From an uncultured Desulfurococcales archaeon (lineage in GTDB: Archaea > Thermoproteota > Thermoprotei_A > Sulfolobales > CAZCAU01), in assembly GCA_964496855.1 (NCBI GenBank), contig CAZCAU010000002.1:4122-68121 (forward strand): a stretch of DNA of 64,000 bases, given 5' to 3'. Every line of letters begins with the position of its first letter. The stretch's first letter is position 1. Under the pieces are notes generated by a model. It had not been told where the DNA came from and searched no databases. It saw only the letters and a program-made list of their open reading frames with translations. This document shows, piece by piece, positions 19,762 to 29,872 of the stretch. The position numbers and the translations under genes are program-made.

Positions 19762-20139
19762 ATGACCTCAAAAACCACGCAACCCAGAAAGCAGAGGAAG
19801 AGACTGTTTAATGCGCCTCTTCACAAAAGATACAAGATGATGGCAGCACCTCTAAGTCCGGAACTCGTTGAAAAGTATAATGTGAAGAGACTCCCAGTTA
19901 GAAAAGGAGATGTCGTAAGAATACTTAGAGGTAGCTGGGCTGGTCACGAAGGCAAAGTGCTTAGGGTTAGCCTTAGAGATATGAGAATATATGTTGAAGG
20001 AGTAACTATACAGAAGGCTGACGGTACACCTCGTTTCTATCCTATTCATCCATCAAAAGTAATGATAGTGAAGCTAGACACTAGTGACAAGCTTAGAATG
20101 AAGATTATCGAGGAGAGACATAAGCGAGAAAAAGAATAG
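19762..20139 (+). CDS. rpl24: 50S ribosomal protein uL24 (L26e)
   Basis: 125 aa. [17 protein letters not shown] and KOW-type [21 protein letters not shown]. Confidence 0.94.
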   Translation: MTSKTTQPRKQRKRLFNAPLHKRYKMMAAPLSPELVEKYNVKRLPVRKGDVVRILRGSWAGHEGKVLRVSLRDMRIYVEGVTIQKADGTPRFYPIHPSKVMIVKLDTSDKLRMKIIEERHKREKE

Positions 20140-20151
20140 TCTTCTTAAGGC

Positions 20152-20168
20152 AAAAATAAATTTAATAA
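20152..20168 (+). promoter_or_regulatory. A/T-rich TATA-like element in the L24-S4e intergenic gap (possible internal promoter)
   Basis: AAAAATAAATTTAATAA lies in a 110-nt gap that interrupts otherwise tightly packed genes. GGAGGG precedes the S4e ATG. Mirror copy at 43463..43479. Motif only. Confidence 0.25.
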
Positions 20169-20249
20169 GCTTCCAAGTAATCATGGGTTCTAGCAGACTA
20201 CCTGATAGTATGTGTCACAATACAAATCCTAGGAGGGTCACTGAGAGTA

Positions 20250-21008
20250 ATGGGCAAATTAGGTGGAAGCAGACACCTTAGAAGCTTTGCAGCACCAGGT
20301 TTCTGGCCTATTCTTAGAAAGGAGTATCACTGGGCGCCTAAACCTTCCCCAGGCCCACATCCAATAGAGAGATCTCTACCTCTTCTACTCATAGTACGCA
20401 ATGTACTAGGTTATGCCGAGACTTCTAGAGAGGCAAGGAAGATAATAAGTGAGGGACACATAAAGATAGATGGGAGAGTGAGAAAAGACTATAAGTACCC
20501 CGTAGGCTTCATGGATGTAATCGAAATCACTACCACTGGTGAAAAGTATAGGTTCATACCTTATCCCGTAAAGCATTTCAAGCTCCACCCTGTCTCGGAG
20601 GATGAAGCTTCCTTTAAACCCGTCAGAATAGAGAATAAAACAACTGTTAAAGGCGGGCATATCCAGTTAAACTTCCATGATGGCAGGAATCACCTAATCA
20701 AGGTATCAGACCCGCGTAACCCTGTGGAGGATAGATACGAGACTCTCGGTACAATAAAGCTAGGAATACCTGAACAAGAAATCTTGGATTACACCCCCCT
20801 TGAAATAGGGAAGCTAGCCATTATTGTTGGTGGCAGAAACATAGGCAGAGTAGGCAAGATAGTTGACATAAAAAGAGGTATGGGCAGGCATAGGAGTATA
20901 GTTACATTAGAGAGAAAGAATGGTGAAAAAGTACAGACAAGTCTTAATTACGTGTTCGTAATCGGCGATGAAGAGCCATTGATATCATTGCCTGAGGAGG
21001 TGTATTGA
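20250..21008 (+). CDS. rps4e: 30S ribosomal protein eS4 (S4e)
   Basis: 252 aa. N-terminus [21 protein letters not shown], an S4-like block, and KOW-like [15 protein letters not shown]. Confidence 0.95.
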   Translation: MGKLGGSRHLRSFAAPGFWPILRKEYHWAPKPSPGPHPIERSLPLLLIVRNVLGYAETSREARKIISEGHIKIDGRVRKDYKYPVGFMDVIEITTTGEKYRFIPYPVKHFKLHPVSEDEASFKPVRIENKTTVKGGHIQLNFHDGRNHLIKVSDPRNPVEDRYETLGTIKLGIPEQEILDYTPLEIGKLAIIVGGRNIGRVGKIVDIKRGMGRHRSIVTLERKNGEKVQTSLNYVFVIGDEEPLISLPEEVY

Positions 21009-21571
21009 GCAGGATGTCGTTGTCTCCAGAGCTTGTTGACGATATCTTGAAGAAATGGAGCGAGAACCCTATGAGAAAACCTAGAATAGCCAAGGTCACG
21101 GTGAATATAGGTGTCGGCCAAAGCGGGGAGCGTTTACAGAAAGCAGCTACATTACTTGAGCAACTAACTGGTCAAAAACCGGTTTTTAGGAGAGCAAAGA
21201 AGACAATAAGGGGTTTTGGCATACGTAAGGGCGAAAACATAGCTGTGATGGTTACTCTTAGAGGCCAACATGCTATAGAATTCTTAAAGAGAGCACTTGA
21301 GGCTGTCGGTTGGAGAATAAAGGCTAGCAGTTTTGACGATTATGGGAATGTATCTTTCGGAATAACAGAGCATATCCTTATCCCAGGCACTACGTACGAT
21401 CCGGAAATGGGAGTCTTTGGAATGGATATAGCAATAACTTTAGAACGGCCAGGTTACAGAATTATGAGAAGAAGGCGTTGCCGCAAGAAACGCGTGCCTA
21501 GAAGGCATAGGGTATCTAAGGAAGAGGGAATAGTCTTTCTATCTAAAGAACTAGGTGTACAGATAGTCTAA
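21005..21571 (+). CDS. rpl5: 50S ribosomal protein uL5 (L11e)
   Basis: 188 aa. The TTG start overlaps the S4e stop (TTGA); an alternative ATG is at 21014. Blocks [15 protein letters not shown] and [19 protein letters not shown]. Confidence 0.94.
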   Translation: MSRMSLSPELVDDILKKWSENPMRKPRIAKVTVNIGVGQSGERLQKAATLLEQLTGQKPVFRRAKKTIRGFGIRKGENIAVMVTLRGQHAIEFLKRALEAVGWRIKASSFDDYGNVSFGITEHILIPGTTYDPEMGVFGMDIAITLERPGYRIMRRRRCRKKRVPRRHRVSKEEGIVFLSKELGVQIV

Positions 21572-21581
21572 GGTGGGGTAG

Positions 21582-21746
21582 ATGGGCAAGTATAGGCCTA
21601 TTAAGGTGAGAAAATACGGGAAGGGCTCGCGTGCATGCATTAGATGTGGATCTCGAGATGCTATCATCAGGAAGTATGGCCTATACCTCTGCAGGCAATG
21701 CTTCCGAGAAGTAGCGTATAGCATAGGATTTAGAAAATACAACTAG
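21582..21746 (+). CDS. rps14: 30S ribosomal protein uS14 (zinc-ribbon type, S29e-like); absent from the supplied ORF track
   Basis: Hand-translated 54 aa: [54 protein letters not shown]. It has CxxC...CxxC and GGTGGGG 4 nt upstream of the ATG. It sits at the canonical slot between L5 and S8. Confidence 0.93.
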   Translation: MGKYRPIKVRKYGKGSRACIRCGSRDAIIRKYGLYLCRQCFREVAYSIGFRKYN

Positions 21747-21760
21747 GGTGGGATTAAGCA

Positions 21761-22162
21761 ATGGTCATGCTGGATACACTAGCCAACGCCCTGGCTACAA
21801 TATACAATTGCGAGATGCGAGCTAAGAAAGAAGCCATAATTATGCCTGCTTCTAAACTCATAATAGCGGTATTAAGAGTGTTCCAGAAGGAGGGGTACAT
21901 AGGAGAGTTCGAGTACATAGATGATGGGAGATGGGGTAAGATCAAAGTACAGCTACTAGGAAGGATAAATAAGACTGGCGTCATTAAACCAAGATTCTCT
22001 GTAAGCTATAGAGAACTAGCAGAGATGCCCCACTGGCTAAGAAAGTACTTGCCTTCACGAGAGTTCGGGATACTGGTTGTAAGCACTCCTAAAGGCATGA
22101 TGTCGCACAAGGAGGCAATACAGCACAGAACAGGTGGTGTTCTACTAGCATATGTATACTAA
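21761..22162 (+). CDS. rps8: 30S ribosomal protein uS8
   Basis: 133 aa. Blocks [35 protein letters not shown] and GGVLLAYVY. Confidence 0.95.
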   Translation: MVMLDTLANALATIYNCEMRAKKEAIIMPASKLIIAVLRVFQKEGYIGEFEYIDDGRWGKIKVQLLGRINKTGVIKPRFSVSYRELAEMPHWLRKYLPSREFGILVVSTPKGMMSHKEAIQHRTGGVLLAYVY

Positions 22163-22187
22163 TAACATGATAAACGAGGCGATAGCA

Positions 22188-22739
22188 ATGGCCAAGGTTG
22201 TTCATGTCGCTGAAGAAGTTGAAATCCCGGAAGGAGTCAATGTGGAAATTAATGGTTTAAAAGTCAGGGTTAGTGGACCCAAGGGTACGCTTGAGAGGGA
22301 TTTCTCTCACGCTAGAGGAATTATTGTAAGAAAAGAAGACAATAAAGTAGTGGTTGAAACCTTTTTCGCGAATAGGCGTAAAAAAGCACTTGTAGGATCA
22401 ATTGCATCTCATATTTCTAACATGATAACAGGTGTGACAAAAGGATATAGGTACAAGCTTAAGATAATATACTCGCACTTCCCAATAAGCGTTAAAGTCG
22501 AAGGAAAGAAGATACTCATAGAGAACTTCCTTGGCGAAAGAGCACCAAGAGTAGCAGAGATTTATGGCGACGATGTACGTGTCAGAGTTGAAGGAACTGA
22601 TGTCATTGTTGAGGGTATAAATATCGAAAACGTGGGCCAGACAGCAGCCAACATCGAGAGAGCCACGAAAATAAGCGATTTGGATAGACGTGTCTTCATG
22701 GACGGTATATACATCTACGAGAAAGGGGTGATGGAGTAA
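22188..22739 (+). CDS. rpl6: 50S ribosomal protein uL6
   Basis: The track ORF begins at 22152. ATG 22188 (MAKVVHVAEEVEIPEGVNV...) has GAGG 9 nt upstream and fits the usual uL6 N-terminus. Blocks VRVSGPKGTLERDF and KLKIIYSHFPISVKVEG. Confidence 0.92.
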   Translation: MAKVVHVAEEVEIPEGVNVEINGLKVRVSGPKGTLERDFSHARGIIVRKEDNKVVVETFFANRRKKALVGSIASHISNMITGVTKGYRYKLKIIYSHFPISVKVEGKKILIENFLGERAPRVAEIYGDDVRVRVEGTDVIVEGINIENVGQTAANIERATKISDLDRRVFMDGIYIYEKGVME

Positions 22740-23140
22740 TGGGGTCAACACAGCCTCCACGCAAGAGTCTTGAGAGATTACTCAGGCTGAGAAATGAGTT
22801 AAGAAGACGTTTACCAGACTTCTACAGACACCAGTACTGGAAGTTTAAGAAATTTAGCAGAGACCCGTGCTGGCGCAAGCCTAAAGGTAATGATAATAAG
22901 ATGAGGCTTAAACTCAAGGGATACCCGCCTGTTGTAAGCATAGGTTACCGCAAGCCAACTGAGATAAGAGGCTTGCATCCGTCAGGTTTATACCCGGTAA
23001 CAGTGTCATCTCTTAGAGATCTCGACGCCTTCGATCCGTCTGAGCATATAATATATATCTCCTCCACTGTTGGTTATAGGAAGAGGCAAGAGATAATTAA
23101 GGCGGCTCTAGAGAAAGGGTTTAAGATAGCTAATATGTAG
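22739..23140 (+). CDS. rpl32e: 50S ribosomal protein eL32 (L32e)
   Basis: 133 aa. The ATG overlaps the rpl6 stop (TAATG). Block WRKPKGNDNKMRLKLKGYPPVVSIGYRKP. Confidence 0.93.
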   Translation: MGSTQPPRKSLERLLRLRNELRRRLPDFYRHQYWKFKKFSRDPCWRKPKGNDNKMRLKLKGYPPVVSIGYRKPTEIRGLHPSGLYPVTVSSLRDLDAFDPSEHIIYISSTVGYRKRQEIIKAALEKGFKIANM

Positions 23141-23147
23141 GTGCAGA

Positions 23148-23600
23148 GTGATGGATCTAAGCTTGCAGAAAAGACTGGCGGCAGAGATACTAGGAGTCGG
23201 TGTAAGCAGGGTTAAGATAAAACCCGAGGAAGCTGAGAGAGTAAGCGAGGCGTTGACTAGAGAGGATGTAAAGAAACTCATTAAGGAAGGAATAATATAT
23301 GTCGAGCCAGTACATGGCAATGCTCATAGATGGCTTGAGAGGAGGAGGAAGAGACAAAAGGGCCATAGGAGAGGGTGTGGTAAGAGGAAGGGTAAGAAAA
23401 CTGCTAGGCTACCTGAGAAAGAGGCTTGGATGCATAGGATTAGAAAGATGAGGCGGCATCTCAGGTACCTTAGGGATAACAAGAGAATTGATGCGAGAAC
23501 TTATAGGCGGCTCTACATGCTCGCTAAAGGCGGAATGTTTAAGAGCTTGTCTGCTTTGCAGAGTTACATCACTGAACATAGTCTACTCAAGAAGAAATAA
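23148..23600 (+). CDS. rpl19e: 50S ribosomal protein eL19 (L19e)
   Basis: 150 aa. N-terminus DLSLQKRLAAEILGVGVSRVKI and the basic RRRKRQKGHRRGCGKRKG. Confidence 0.94.
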   Translation: MMDLSLQKRLAAEILGVGVSRVKIKPEEAERVSEALTREDVKKLIKEGIIYVEPVHGNAHRWLERRRKRQKGHRRGCGKRKGKKTARLPEKEAWMHRIRKMRRHLRYLRDNKRIDARTYRRLYMLAKGGMFKSLSALQSYITEHSLLKKK

Positions 23601-23619
23601 CAGGTAGGGTAAGAAGACA

Positions 23620-24225
23620 ATGGCTAGAGGGCCTAGATACAAAGTCCCTAGAAGAAGGAGAAGAGAGGGGAAGACGAACTACTATAAGAGATACACAATG
23701 GTACTGTCTAAGAGGCTCAGGCTAGTCATTAGGAAGTCGCTAAAGTACATCCAGGCACAGATAATAAAAGCTGAGCCCCAGGGCGATGTAACATTAGTGG
23801 CCGCTCATAGCAGGGAATTGGTTAAAAAATATGGTTGGAAAGCAGGGACTTGCAATACCCCAGCAGCATACCTCACAGGATACCTCTTGGGGCTCCGTGC
23901 ACTAGAGAAGGGGATAAAAGAAGCAATAGCTGATATAGGTCTCCATAAGCCTGTTAAAGGTGCAAGAGTTTTCGCCGTTGTTAAAGGAGCGCTTGATGCA
24001 GGTCTAAAAATACCTGTATCTGAAGAAGTGTTGCCCTCCGAGGATAGGATTCGTGGTGTCCATATAGCAGAATATGCTAAGAAACTCGAAGAAGAGGATC
24101 CTGAACGCTTCTCACGCTTATTCTCTGCGTTATTATCGCGCGGGTTTAACCCCGTTGATACGCCTAAGCATTTTGATGAGGTAAAGACACGAATAAGTGA
24201 AGATTACAAGGGTGTAAAGGCATGA
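23620..24225 (+). CDS. rpl18: 50S ribosomal protein uL18 (L5e)
   Basis: 201 aa. [24 protein letters not shown] and [15 protein letters not shown]. Confidence 0.94.
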   Translation: MARGPRYKVPRRRRREGKTNYYKRYTMVLSKRLRLVIRKSLKYIQAQIIKAEPQGDVTLVAAHSRELVKKYGWKAGTCNTPAAYLTGYLLGLRALEKGIKEAIADIGLHKPVKGARVFAVVKGALDAGLKIPVSEEVLPSEDRIRGVHIAEYAKKLEEEDPERFSRLFSALLSRGFNPVDTPKHFDEVKTRISEDYKGVKA

Positions 24226-24857
24226 GCCAGCAGCAAAGCTTGGAAGAATGGGTCCCTAGGACTAGAGCAGGCCGTATGGTAAAAGAGGGTAGAATAGCCT
24301 CCCTAAAAGAGATATTTGAGCGCAACCTTCCTCTACTAGAACCCGAGATAGTAGATTATCTCATGCCTGATCTTAAACACGAGGTGCTCGACGTCTCGCT
24401 CGTGCAAAAAGTAACTGATGCTGGTCGTGATACAAAGTTCAGAGTAGTAGTCGTTGTCGGTAATGAAGACGGCTTTGTGGGATTAGGGGCTGGTAAAGCC
24501 AAACAGTTACGTTTCGCAATAGAGAAGGCGATAATTAATGCTAAGCTCAATATCACGCCAGTTAGAAGAGGATGTGGTAGCTGGGAGTGTACCTGCGGCG
24601 AGCCTCACTCAGTGCCTTTCACTGTCAGAGGTAAGAGTGGTAGCGTAATAGTAGAGTTAAAGCCAGCTCCTAAAGGCACTGGATTAGTAGCGGGGGATGT
24701 GGCAAAAACTGTTCTTCGATTAGCTGGGATAAGAGATGTATGGTCATCAACACTAGGCGAGACGAGAACTACTTACAACTTCGCTCGTGCCACATACAAT
24801 GCACTAAAAGCAACCTATCGCGTCGTAACCCCAGCAGACTGGGCACGCTCCACCTAA
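24222..24857 (+). CDS. rps5: 30S ribosomal protein uS5 (S2e)
   Basis: 211 aa. The ATG overlaps the rpl18 stop (ATGA). Blocks [22 protein letters not shown] and [11 protein letters not shown]. Confidence 0.95.
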   Translation: MSQQQSLEEWVPRTRAGRMVKEGRIASLKEIFERNLPLLEPEIVDYLMPDLKHEVLDVSLVQKVTDAGRDTKFRVVVVVGNEDGFVGLGAGKAKQLRFAIEKAIINAKLNITPVRRGCGSWECTCGEPHSVPFTVRGKSGSVIVELKPAPKGTGLVAGDVAKTVLRLAGIRDVWSSTLGETRTTYNFARATYNALKATYRVVTPADWARST

Positions 24858-24895
24858 GACTAAGTCACTAACTATTAAGAAGCAGGTGCCATGTT

Positions 24896-25375
24896 ATGAC
24901 AGCATTATATGCTATCATAAGGATCAGAGGGATACCTGATACTCCCCCAGATGTAGAGCATACTCTTAAGCTACTTAGATTACACAGAAAGTATCATGCA
25001 GTATTATATCCAGACACCTTACCTGGGATAAGAGAGATGCTTAGAAAAGCTCAGGGATGGATAACATGGGGCGAGATAGACGAGGAGACACTTATAGAGT
25101 TGCTAAAGAAACGGGGAAGAGCACCAGGTAATAAGAAACTTGACGAGAAATACTTAGAGGAAAAGCTAGGTGTCAAAAGCTTCTCGGAGCTGGCTAAAAA
25201 GCTTCTCTCTGGAGAAATAATGCTTCACAAACTTGAGGATAAAATAAAACCCGTATTTAGGCTTCATCCACCTAAAGGCGGCTTTAAAGGAAGTATAAAG
25301 AAAATGTACGGCAATGACGGAGAGCTTGGCTATAGGGGTAAAGCAATAAATGATTTACTTAAAAGAATGATCTAA
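24896..25375 (+). CDS. rpl30: 50S ribosomal protein uL30 (L7e)
   Basis: 159 aa. Blocks YAIIRIRGIPDTPPDVEHTLKLLRLHRK and WGEIDEETLIELLKKRG. Confidence 0.93.
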   Translation: MTALYAIIRIRGIPDTPPDVEHTLKLLRLHRKYHAVLYPDTLPGIREMLRKAQGWITWGEIDEETLIELLKKRGRAPGNKKLDEKYLEEKLGVKSFSELAKKLLSGEIMLHKLEDKIKPVFRLHPPKGGFKGSIKKMYGNDGELGYRGKAINDLLKRMI

Positions 25376-25391
25376 GACTGGTGACCCCATA

Positions 25392-25853
25392 ATGGTTAGG
25401 AGAAAGAGGAGGAAATCTAGAAAATTAAGAGGAAGGACTCGAACAATGGGCTGGGGACGAATAGGCCAGCACAGAAAAAGTGGTTCTAAGGGAGGATACG
25501 GAGCAGCTGGTATGCATAAGCATAGGTGGACATGGGTCGTAAAATACGCTCCTAACTGGTTCGGGAAGCACGGCTTCACACATCCAGTCTCGCATAAGAT
25601 AGAGATTAAAGAGATAAATGTAGGTGAGTTAGACGAGATGGCCGAATACTTATTAAAGACAAGCGTGGCTACCCGCGAAGACGAGGCTATAAAGATTGAC
25701 TTGGGCAAGCTAGGCGTAAACAAGCTCCTTGGTAGAGGCAAGGTATCCAAAGCTCTCATAGTAGTAGTTAACGAAGCTTCTGAGAAAGCGATAGAGAAGA
25801 TAGAGAATGCTGGCGGCAAGGTAATCATAGCCGGGGAGAAGAGTACATTTTAA
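25392..25853 (+). CDS. rpl15: 50S ribosomal protein uL15 (L27Ae)
   Basis: 153 aa. RKSRKLRGRTRTMGWGRIGQHRKSGSKGGYGAAGMHKH. Confidence 0.94.
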   Translation: MVRRKRRKSRKLRGRTRTMGWGRIGQHRKSGSKGGYGAAGMHKHRWTWVVKYAPNWFGKHGFTHPVSHKIEIKEINVGELDEMAEYLLKTSVATREDEAIKIDLGKLGVNKLLGRGKVSKALIVVVNEASEKAIEKIENAGGKVIIAGEKSTF

Positions 25854-25916
25854 ATTTATTCAATTACTAGAAAGTTTTAGTGATAACCTCTTAGTAGCTA
25901 GAAGGGATGCATTATA

Positions 25917-27290
25917 ATGGGACTGCTTGATGCCATAGCTAATGCATCTAGATATCTTCCATCAGTCAAGAAGCCGAAACGTAAACAATCGTTATATAGA
26001 CGTCTTCTTGTCACAGGCCTAGTGTTAGTTCTCTATTTCGTAATGGCTAACATTCCTCTCTACGGAGTCAAGGTTACCGGTGGCAGCGTAGGTTTAATGC
26101 AGATAATATTTGCCTCAAATATAGGTACATTAATGGAACTCGGGATAGGGCCTATAGTTACTGCCAGCCTTGTTCTACAGGTTTTAGCGGGTGCTAAGAT
26201 TATAGATCTAGACCTAAGCGATCCCGAGTCTAGGAAGAAATTCACAGCGGCACAGAAAACACTTGCAATAGTATTTGCTGTGTTTGAGGCCTCGGCCTAT
26301 GTATTAAGCTGTAGGTATTGGGGGCCTGTAACAGGTAATCCCATAACAGCTTGTCCCGTATCTATAGGTGTCCGTGTAATAGACATACTACTACTCACCA
26401 CAGCTACATTTATGGTTGTTCTATTTGATGAAATGCTTCAAAAAGGATGGGGAGTAGGTAGCGCGATAAGCCTGTTCATACTAGGCGGCGTAGCCTATCA
26501 TATGTTCTGGGCTTTGTTCGGCTTATCTCCCGGAGGTCAACAGCACTACGGATTCATACCATACCTAATACAGGGTGGGCGGCAAGCCATACTCAGAGAG
26601 CACGGCTATCCAGACCTTATCGGTCTCATAGCTACGATAGCCGCTATACTATTGCTTATATATCTGCAAGGCATGAGGGTGGAGATACCCATCGCATCAC
26701 AAAAACTTCGTGGTATTAGGAGCAGGGTCCCTCTACAATTCATCTATGTTACTAACATACCCATACTACTAGTAGGAATACTAGTAGCCGATCTTCAGAT
26801 ATTTGCGAATGCTTTTTCAAACTTTATGGGCGACAATGTCTTCACAAGATTCTTGATGGCCAGCTATGAGTATGCCAGACCTCCTAGAGGGTTACTCGAT
26901 GCTTTATCTGATCCTACTAGGACTGCTGTATACGTGGCAATATGGCTTATACTAGCAGTATTATTCGGCTATATGTGGGTGGAAATAGCAGGTCTTAATC
27001 CTCAAGCACAAGCAAAGAATCTTATAAGTTCTGGACTAGACGTACCAGGTATGAGACGGAATCCCAAGGCTTTAGAGAAAAGGCTTGCTAGATATATCTA
27101 TCCCTTAACCCTTCTTAGCTCTATAATAGTAGCGTTAATAGCTGTTACAGCAGATATTTTCGGGGCTTATGGTAGTGGAACTGGTATACTGTTAGCAGTA
27201 GGTATAATCATTCAATATTATCGTCTAATAGCTTATGAAAGAGCATTAGAAGCATATCCATTACTCAAGAGGATATTAGGTGAAGAGTAA
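25917..27290 (+). CDS. secY: Protein translocase subunit SecY
   Basis: 457 aa with about 10 TM helices. Blocks IFASNIGTLMELGIGPIVTASLVLQVL and GTGILLAVGIIIQYY. It sits at the canonical position after L15. Confidence 0.96.
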   Translation: MGLLDAIANASRYLPSVKKPKRKQSLYRRLLVTGLVLVLYFVMANIPLYGVKVTGGSVGLMQIIFASNIGTLMELGIGPIVTASLVLQVLAGAKIIDLDLSDPESRKKFTAAQKTLAIVFAVFEASAYVLSCRYWGPVTGNPITACPVSIGVRVIDILLLTTATFMVVLFDEMLQKGWGVGSAISLFILGGVAYHMFWALFGLSPGGQQHYGFIPYLIQGGRQAILREHGYPDLIGLIATIAAILLLIYLQGMRVEIPIASQKLRGIRSRVPLQFIYVTNIPILLVGILVADLQIFANAFSNFMGDNVFTRFLMASYEYARPPRGLLDALSDPTRTAVYVAIWLILAVLFGYMWVEIAGLNPQAQAKNLISSGLDVPGMRRNPKALEKRLARYIYPLTLLSSIIVALIAVTADIFGAYGSGTGILLAVGIIIQYYRLIAYERALEAYPLLKRILGEE

Positions 27291-27901
27291 TGAAACGCCA
27301 TCCCTTCAAAGTAGTAGTGGTAACTGGAGCACCCGGTGTAGGAAAGACTACAGTATTAGCTCTTCTCTCAAAACTTCTAGAAGAAAGAAAAGCACGTTTT
27401 ATTATCTCTAATTTCGGAGACTACATGTTGAAGGCTGCTGTGAAAGCAGGTTACGCTAAAACTCGTGATGAAATACGGAAACTCAACCAAAGAGTACAAC
27501 TAGGGTTACAGGAACTAGCAGCAGAACTCATAATACGTGATGCTGAAGAGAAGATAGGAGAAGACGGTGTGCTTATCGTTGATACACACTCTATCATAAA
27601 AACCAGGACTGGGCTATGGCCTGGGCTACCCGAGAATGTTGTGAAAACATTACTTCCAGACGCTATAGTACTAATTGAAGCTAAGCCAGAGGTAATTCTT
27701 GAAAGACAGCTTCGTGATAAGACTAGGGATAGAGGCGATGTAGCAGACGTGGAGTTCTTAAGAGAATTCCTTGCACAAGCAAGAATAGCCGCGATAGCCA
27801 GTGCCGTGCATACAGCATCAGCTGTTGTAATGGTTGAGAACCCTGAAGGTGAACCTATAAAAGCTGCAGAGACCATTATGAGGATAATTGAGACAATCTA
27901 G
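27290..27901 (+). CDS. adk: Adenylate kinase, archaeal type
   Basis: 203 aa. The ATG shares its A with the secY TAA. P-loop VVVTGAPGVGKTT, then LIVDTHSIIKTRTGLWPGLP and ERQLRDKTRDR. Confidence 0.9.
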   Translation: MKRHPFKVVVVTGAPGVGKTTVLALLSKLLEERKARFIISNFGDYMLKAAVKAGYAKTRDEIRKLNQRVQLGLQELAAELIIRDAEEKIGEDGVLIVDTHSIIKTRTGLWPGLPENVVKTLLPDAIVLIEAKPEVILERQLRDKTRDRGDVADVEFLREFLAQARIAAIASAVHTASAVVMVENPEGEPIKAAETIMRIIETI

Positions 27902-28406
27902 GTGTCCTGACTTGCCTCATATAAATGCTCTCGCAACCCTAGTTGTAACAGAACTAATAGTCTTAGCGGCCATTCTAGTATCTAAGGCTACACAGGACGA
28001 GAGAGTCTTAAGAGCTAGGAGGAGACTAGAAGAACTAAGCGAGTTCATGCGCTTGGCAAAAATAGAGGGATCACCAAAAGCTTTGAAGAAAGCCAGACGC
28101 TTAGAGCCCGAGTTTAAGGCATTAAGATCCTTTATCTTTAGACACACACTTATAGACTCCTTTAAGTACATGCTCCTATTCTTCATAGGATTATTCATTA
28201 TAACTAGTTACTGGCCATACTCTTTATCACCAGTATACATACCTGGCTTAACATACCAAGCCGATAATGGAGTCATTATTATCCCTAGCGCTATCCTAAT
28301 GCTTTTGATCTACATGTTGAATGTACCATGGATACAGAGCGCTATGGGTGTCAGAATAACAACGAAGGGCATATATTACGTTAAAACCAGAGAGAGAAAG
28401 ATTTAA
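27888..28406 (+). CDS. DUF106/EMC3-like membrane protein (archaeal YidC/Oxa1-related family)
   Basis: 172 aa. A TM helix is followed by a charged coiled segment (RARRRLEELSEFMRLAKIEGSPKALKKARRLEPEFK) and then two more hydrophobic helices. It occupies the conserved position after adk. The exact start is uncertain because it overlaps adk by 14 nt. Confidence 0.6.
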   Translation: MRQSRCPDLPHINALATLVVTELIVLAAILVSKATQDERVLRARRRLEELSEFMRLAKIEGSPKALKKARRLEPEFKALRSFIFRHTLIDSFKYMLLFFIGLFIITSYWPYSLSPVYIPGLTYQADNGVIIIPSAILMLLIYMLNVPWIQSAMGVRITTKGIYYVKTRERKI

Positions 28407-28521
28407 GCCTCTTCTTAAAAGAAATTAAAACACGTCCTAAATAACCCAAGCCCCTGTAGAGACAGATAATAGTGTAAAATAGAGAGGAGAAACAAATAAT
28501 GAGATCACTGGGTGTCCAACA

Positions 28522-28797
28522 ATGGTGAGGCCCTCCCTGAGAACACGTAGTAAGAAGAGAGTCAAAGTCAGGACACCTGGTGGTAGATTAGCACTACACT
28601 TTAAGAGGGAGAAACCCGGATACGCAAAATGCGCCATATGCGGTGCTAAACTTAACGGCGTGCCACGTTTACTGCCCTCTAAGCTATCTAAGCTACCAAA
28701 GACAAAGAAGAGACCACAGAGACCATATGGTGGACATCTTTGTCCTAGATGTTACTCTAGGCTACTCATAAAGAGTACTAGAAGCGTGATACTATAA
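28522..28797 (+). CDS. rpl34e: 50S ribosomal protein eL34 (L34e)
   Basis: 91 aa. MVRPSLRTRSKKRVKVRTPGGRLALHFKREKPGYAKCAICGAKLNGV. Confidence 0.93.
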   Translation: MVRPSLRTRSKKRVKVRTPGGRLALHFKREKPGYAKCAICGAKLNGVPRLLPSKLSKLPKTKKRPQRPYGGHLCPRCYSRLLIKSTRSVIL

Positions 28798-28850
28798 TTC
28801 CTTAGCAGAAGACTCTCTACCTCTTACAATCTTATCCTGAGGAGCAGGTC

Positions 28851-29408
28851 TTGAGAAAAAACATAGTTATAGCTATTAGCGGTCCACCTGGTAGTGGCAA
28901 AACTACTTATGCCAGGAAACTTGCTGAAGATCTGGGACTCAGCTATCATTCTGCAGGATCAATATTTCGTGAAATTGCTAAAGAGAAAGGTATCAGCTTA
29001 TACGAATTAAGTAAGATCGCAGAGAAGGACCCATCCATAGACTTAGAGATAGATAGACGCACACTAGAGATGAGTTTAAATAAGAACATCGTAATTGAAG
29101 GCCACCTTGTAGCCTGGGTACTTAAAGATATCGCGGATATCAAGATATATGTTACAGCACCTTTGCTGGTTAGAGTAAAAAGGATAGCCCTGCGTGAGAA
29201 TAGGGATATATTAGAGGTCCTCCGTGAAACATCTTATAGAGAGCTGAGCCAGGAAATCAGGTTTTACGAATATTATGGGATAAATATCCGTGATCTCTCA
29301 ATTTTTGATTTAGTTATAGACACTTCTAGGCTAAGCATTGATGAAGCTTATAGTGTTATAAAACACTTCGTAGAAAACACGCTTTCTGGTAGACGAAAAT
29401 TAAATTAG
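28851..29408 (+). CDS. cmk: Cytidylate kinase, archaeal type
   Basis: 185 aa. The TTG start is preceded by GGAGCAGG. P-loop IAISGPPGSGKTT, then SAGSIFREIAKEKG and IVIEGHLVAWVL. Confidence 0.88.
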   Translation: MRKNIVIAISGPPGSGKTTYARKLAEDLGLSYHSAGSIFREIAKEKGISLYELSKIAEKDPSIDLEIDRRTLEMSLNKNIVIEGHLVAWVLKDIADIKIYVTAPLLVRVKRIALRENRDILEVLRETSYRELSQEIRFYEYYGINIRDLSIFDLVIDTSRLSIDEAYSVIKHFVENTLSGRRKLN

Positions 29409-29473
29409 GAGTAATAATTAATGCCGTATAGGGTATCATAAGATATAATCCAGCTCTCTGGTGACAAGCACCC

Positions 29474-29770
29474 ATGCCAGCCATAGAAGTTGGAAGACTA
29501 TGCGTTAAGCTAAGAGGAAGAGAAGCTGGCCGTAAATGCGTTATAGTAGACATCATAGATGAAAACTTTGTCCTCATCACAGGTCCTAAAAGCCTAAGTG
29601 GTGTTAAGAGAAGACGGGCAAACATAGCACATATAGAGCCTCTCGAGAAAAAGATAGATATAGAGAAAGGAGCCAGTGATGAAGAAGTCTTAGAGGCTTT
29701 GAAGAAAGCTGGCCTAGAAGAATTTATGAGAGAACCAGTGAAGGTACAAGTATCTCCTTTCACTAGATAA
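29474..29770 (+). CDS. rpl14e: 50S ribosomal protein eL14 (L14e)
   Basis: 98 aa. [29 protein letters not shown] (KOW-like) and [12 protein letters not shown]. Confidence 0.92.
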   Translation: MPAIEVGRLCVKLRGREAGRKCVIVDIIDENFVLITGPKSLSGVKRRRANIAHIEPLEKKIDIEKGASDEEVLEALKKAGLEEFMREPVKVQVSPFTR

Positions 29771-29822
29771 GAGAGTTATTTCCTCAATACTACATTCTAG
29801 AGTCTTCTAGAAAACCACAGTA

Positions 29823-29831
29823 CTTTTTATA
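29823..29831 (+). promoter_or_regulatory. TATA-box-like element upstream of cbf5
   Basis: CTTTTTATA lies 42 nt upstream of ATG 29873 in a 102-nt intergenic gap. Mirror copy at 33800..33808. Motif only. Confidence 0.3.
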
Positions 29832-29872
29832 CGTGTTTCCTTACTCTTATTACCCAATTCTATTACTAAATA

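Noticed and set aside
25355-25828. Long antisense ORFs opposite conserved genes. Examples are 157 aa opposite uL15, 141 aa at 27451..27876 opposite adk, 136 aa at 17913..18323 opposite uS3, 135 aa at 29356..29763 opposite eL14/cmk, 125 aa at 11716..12093 opposite ileS and 120 aa at 22398..22760 opposite uL6, together with all their mirror twins.
   Set aside because: Each is fully embedded antisense to a confidently identified conserved gene. Each has Ser/Leu/Pro-rich low-complexity composition and no start context. They are typical shadow ORFs.
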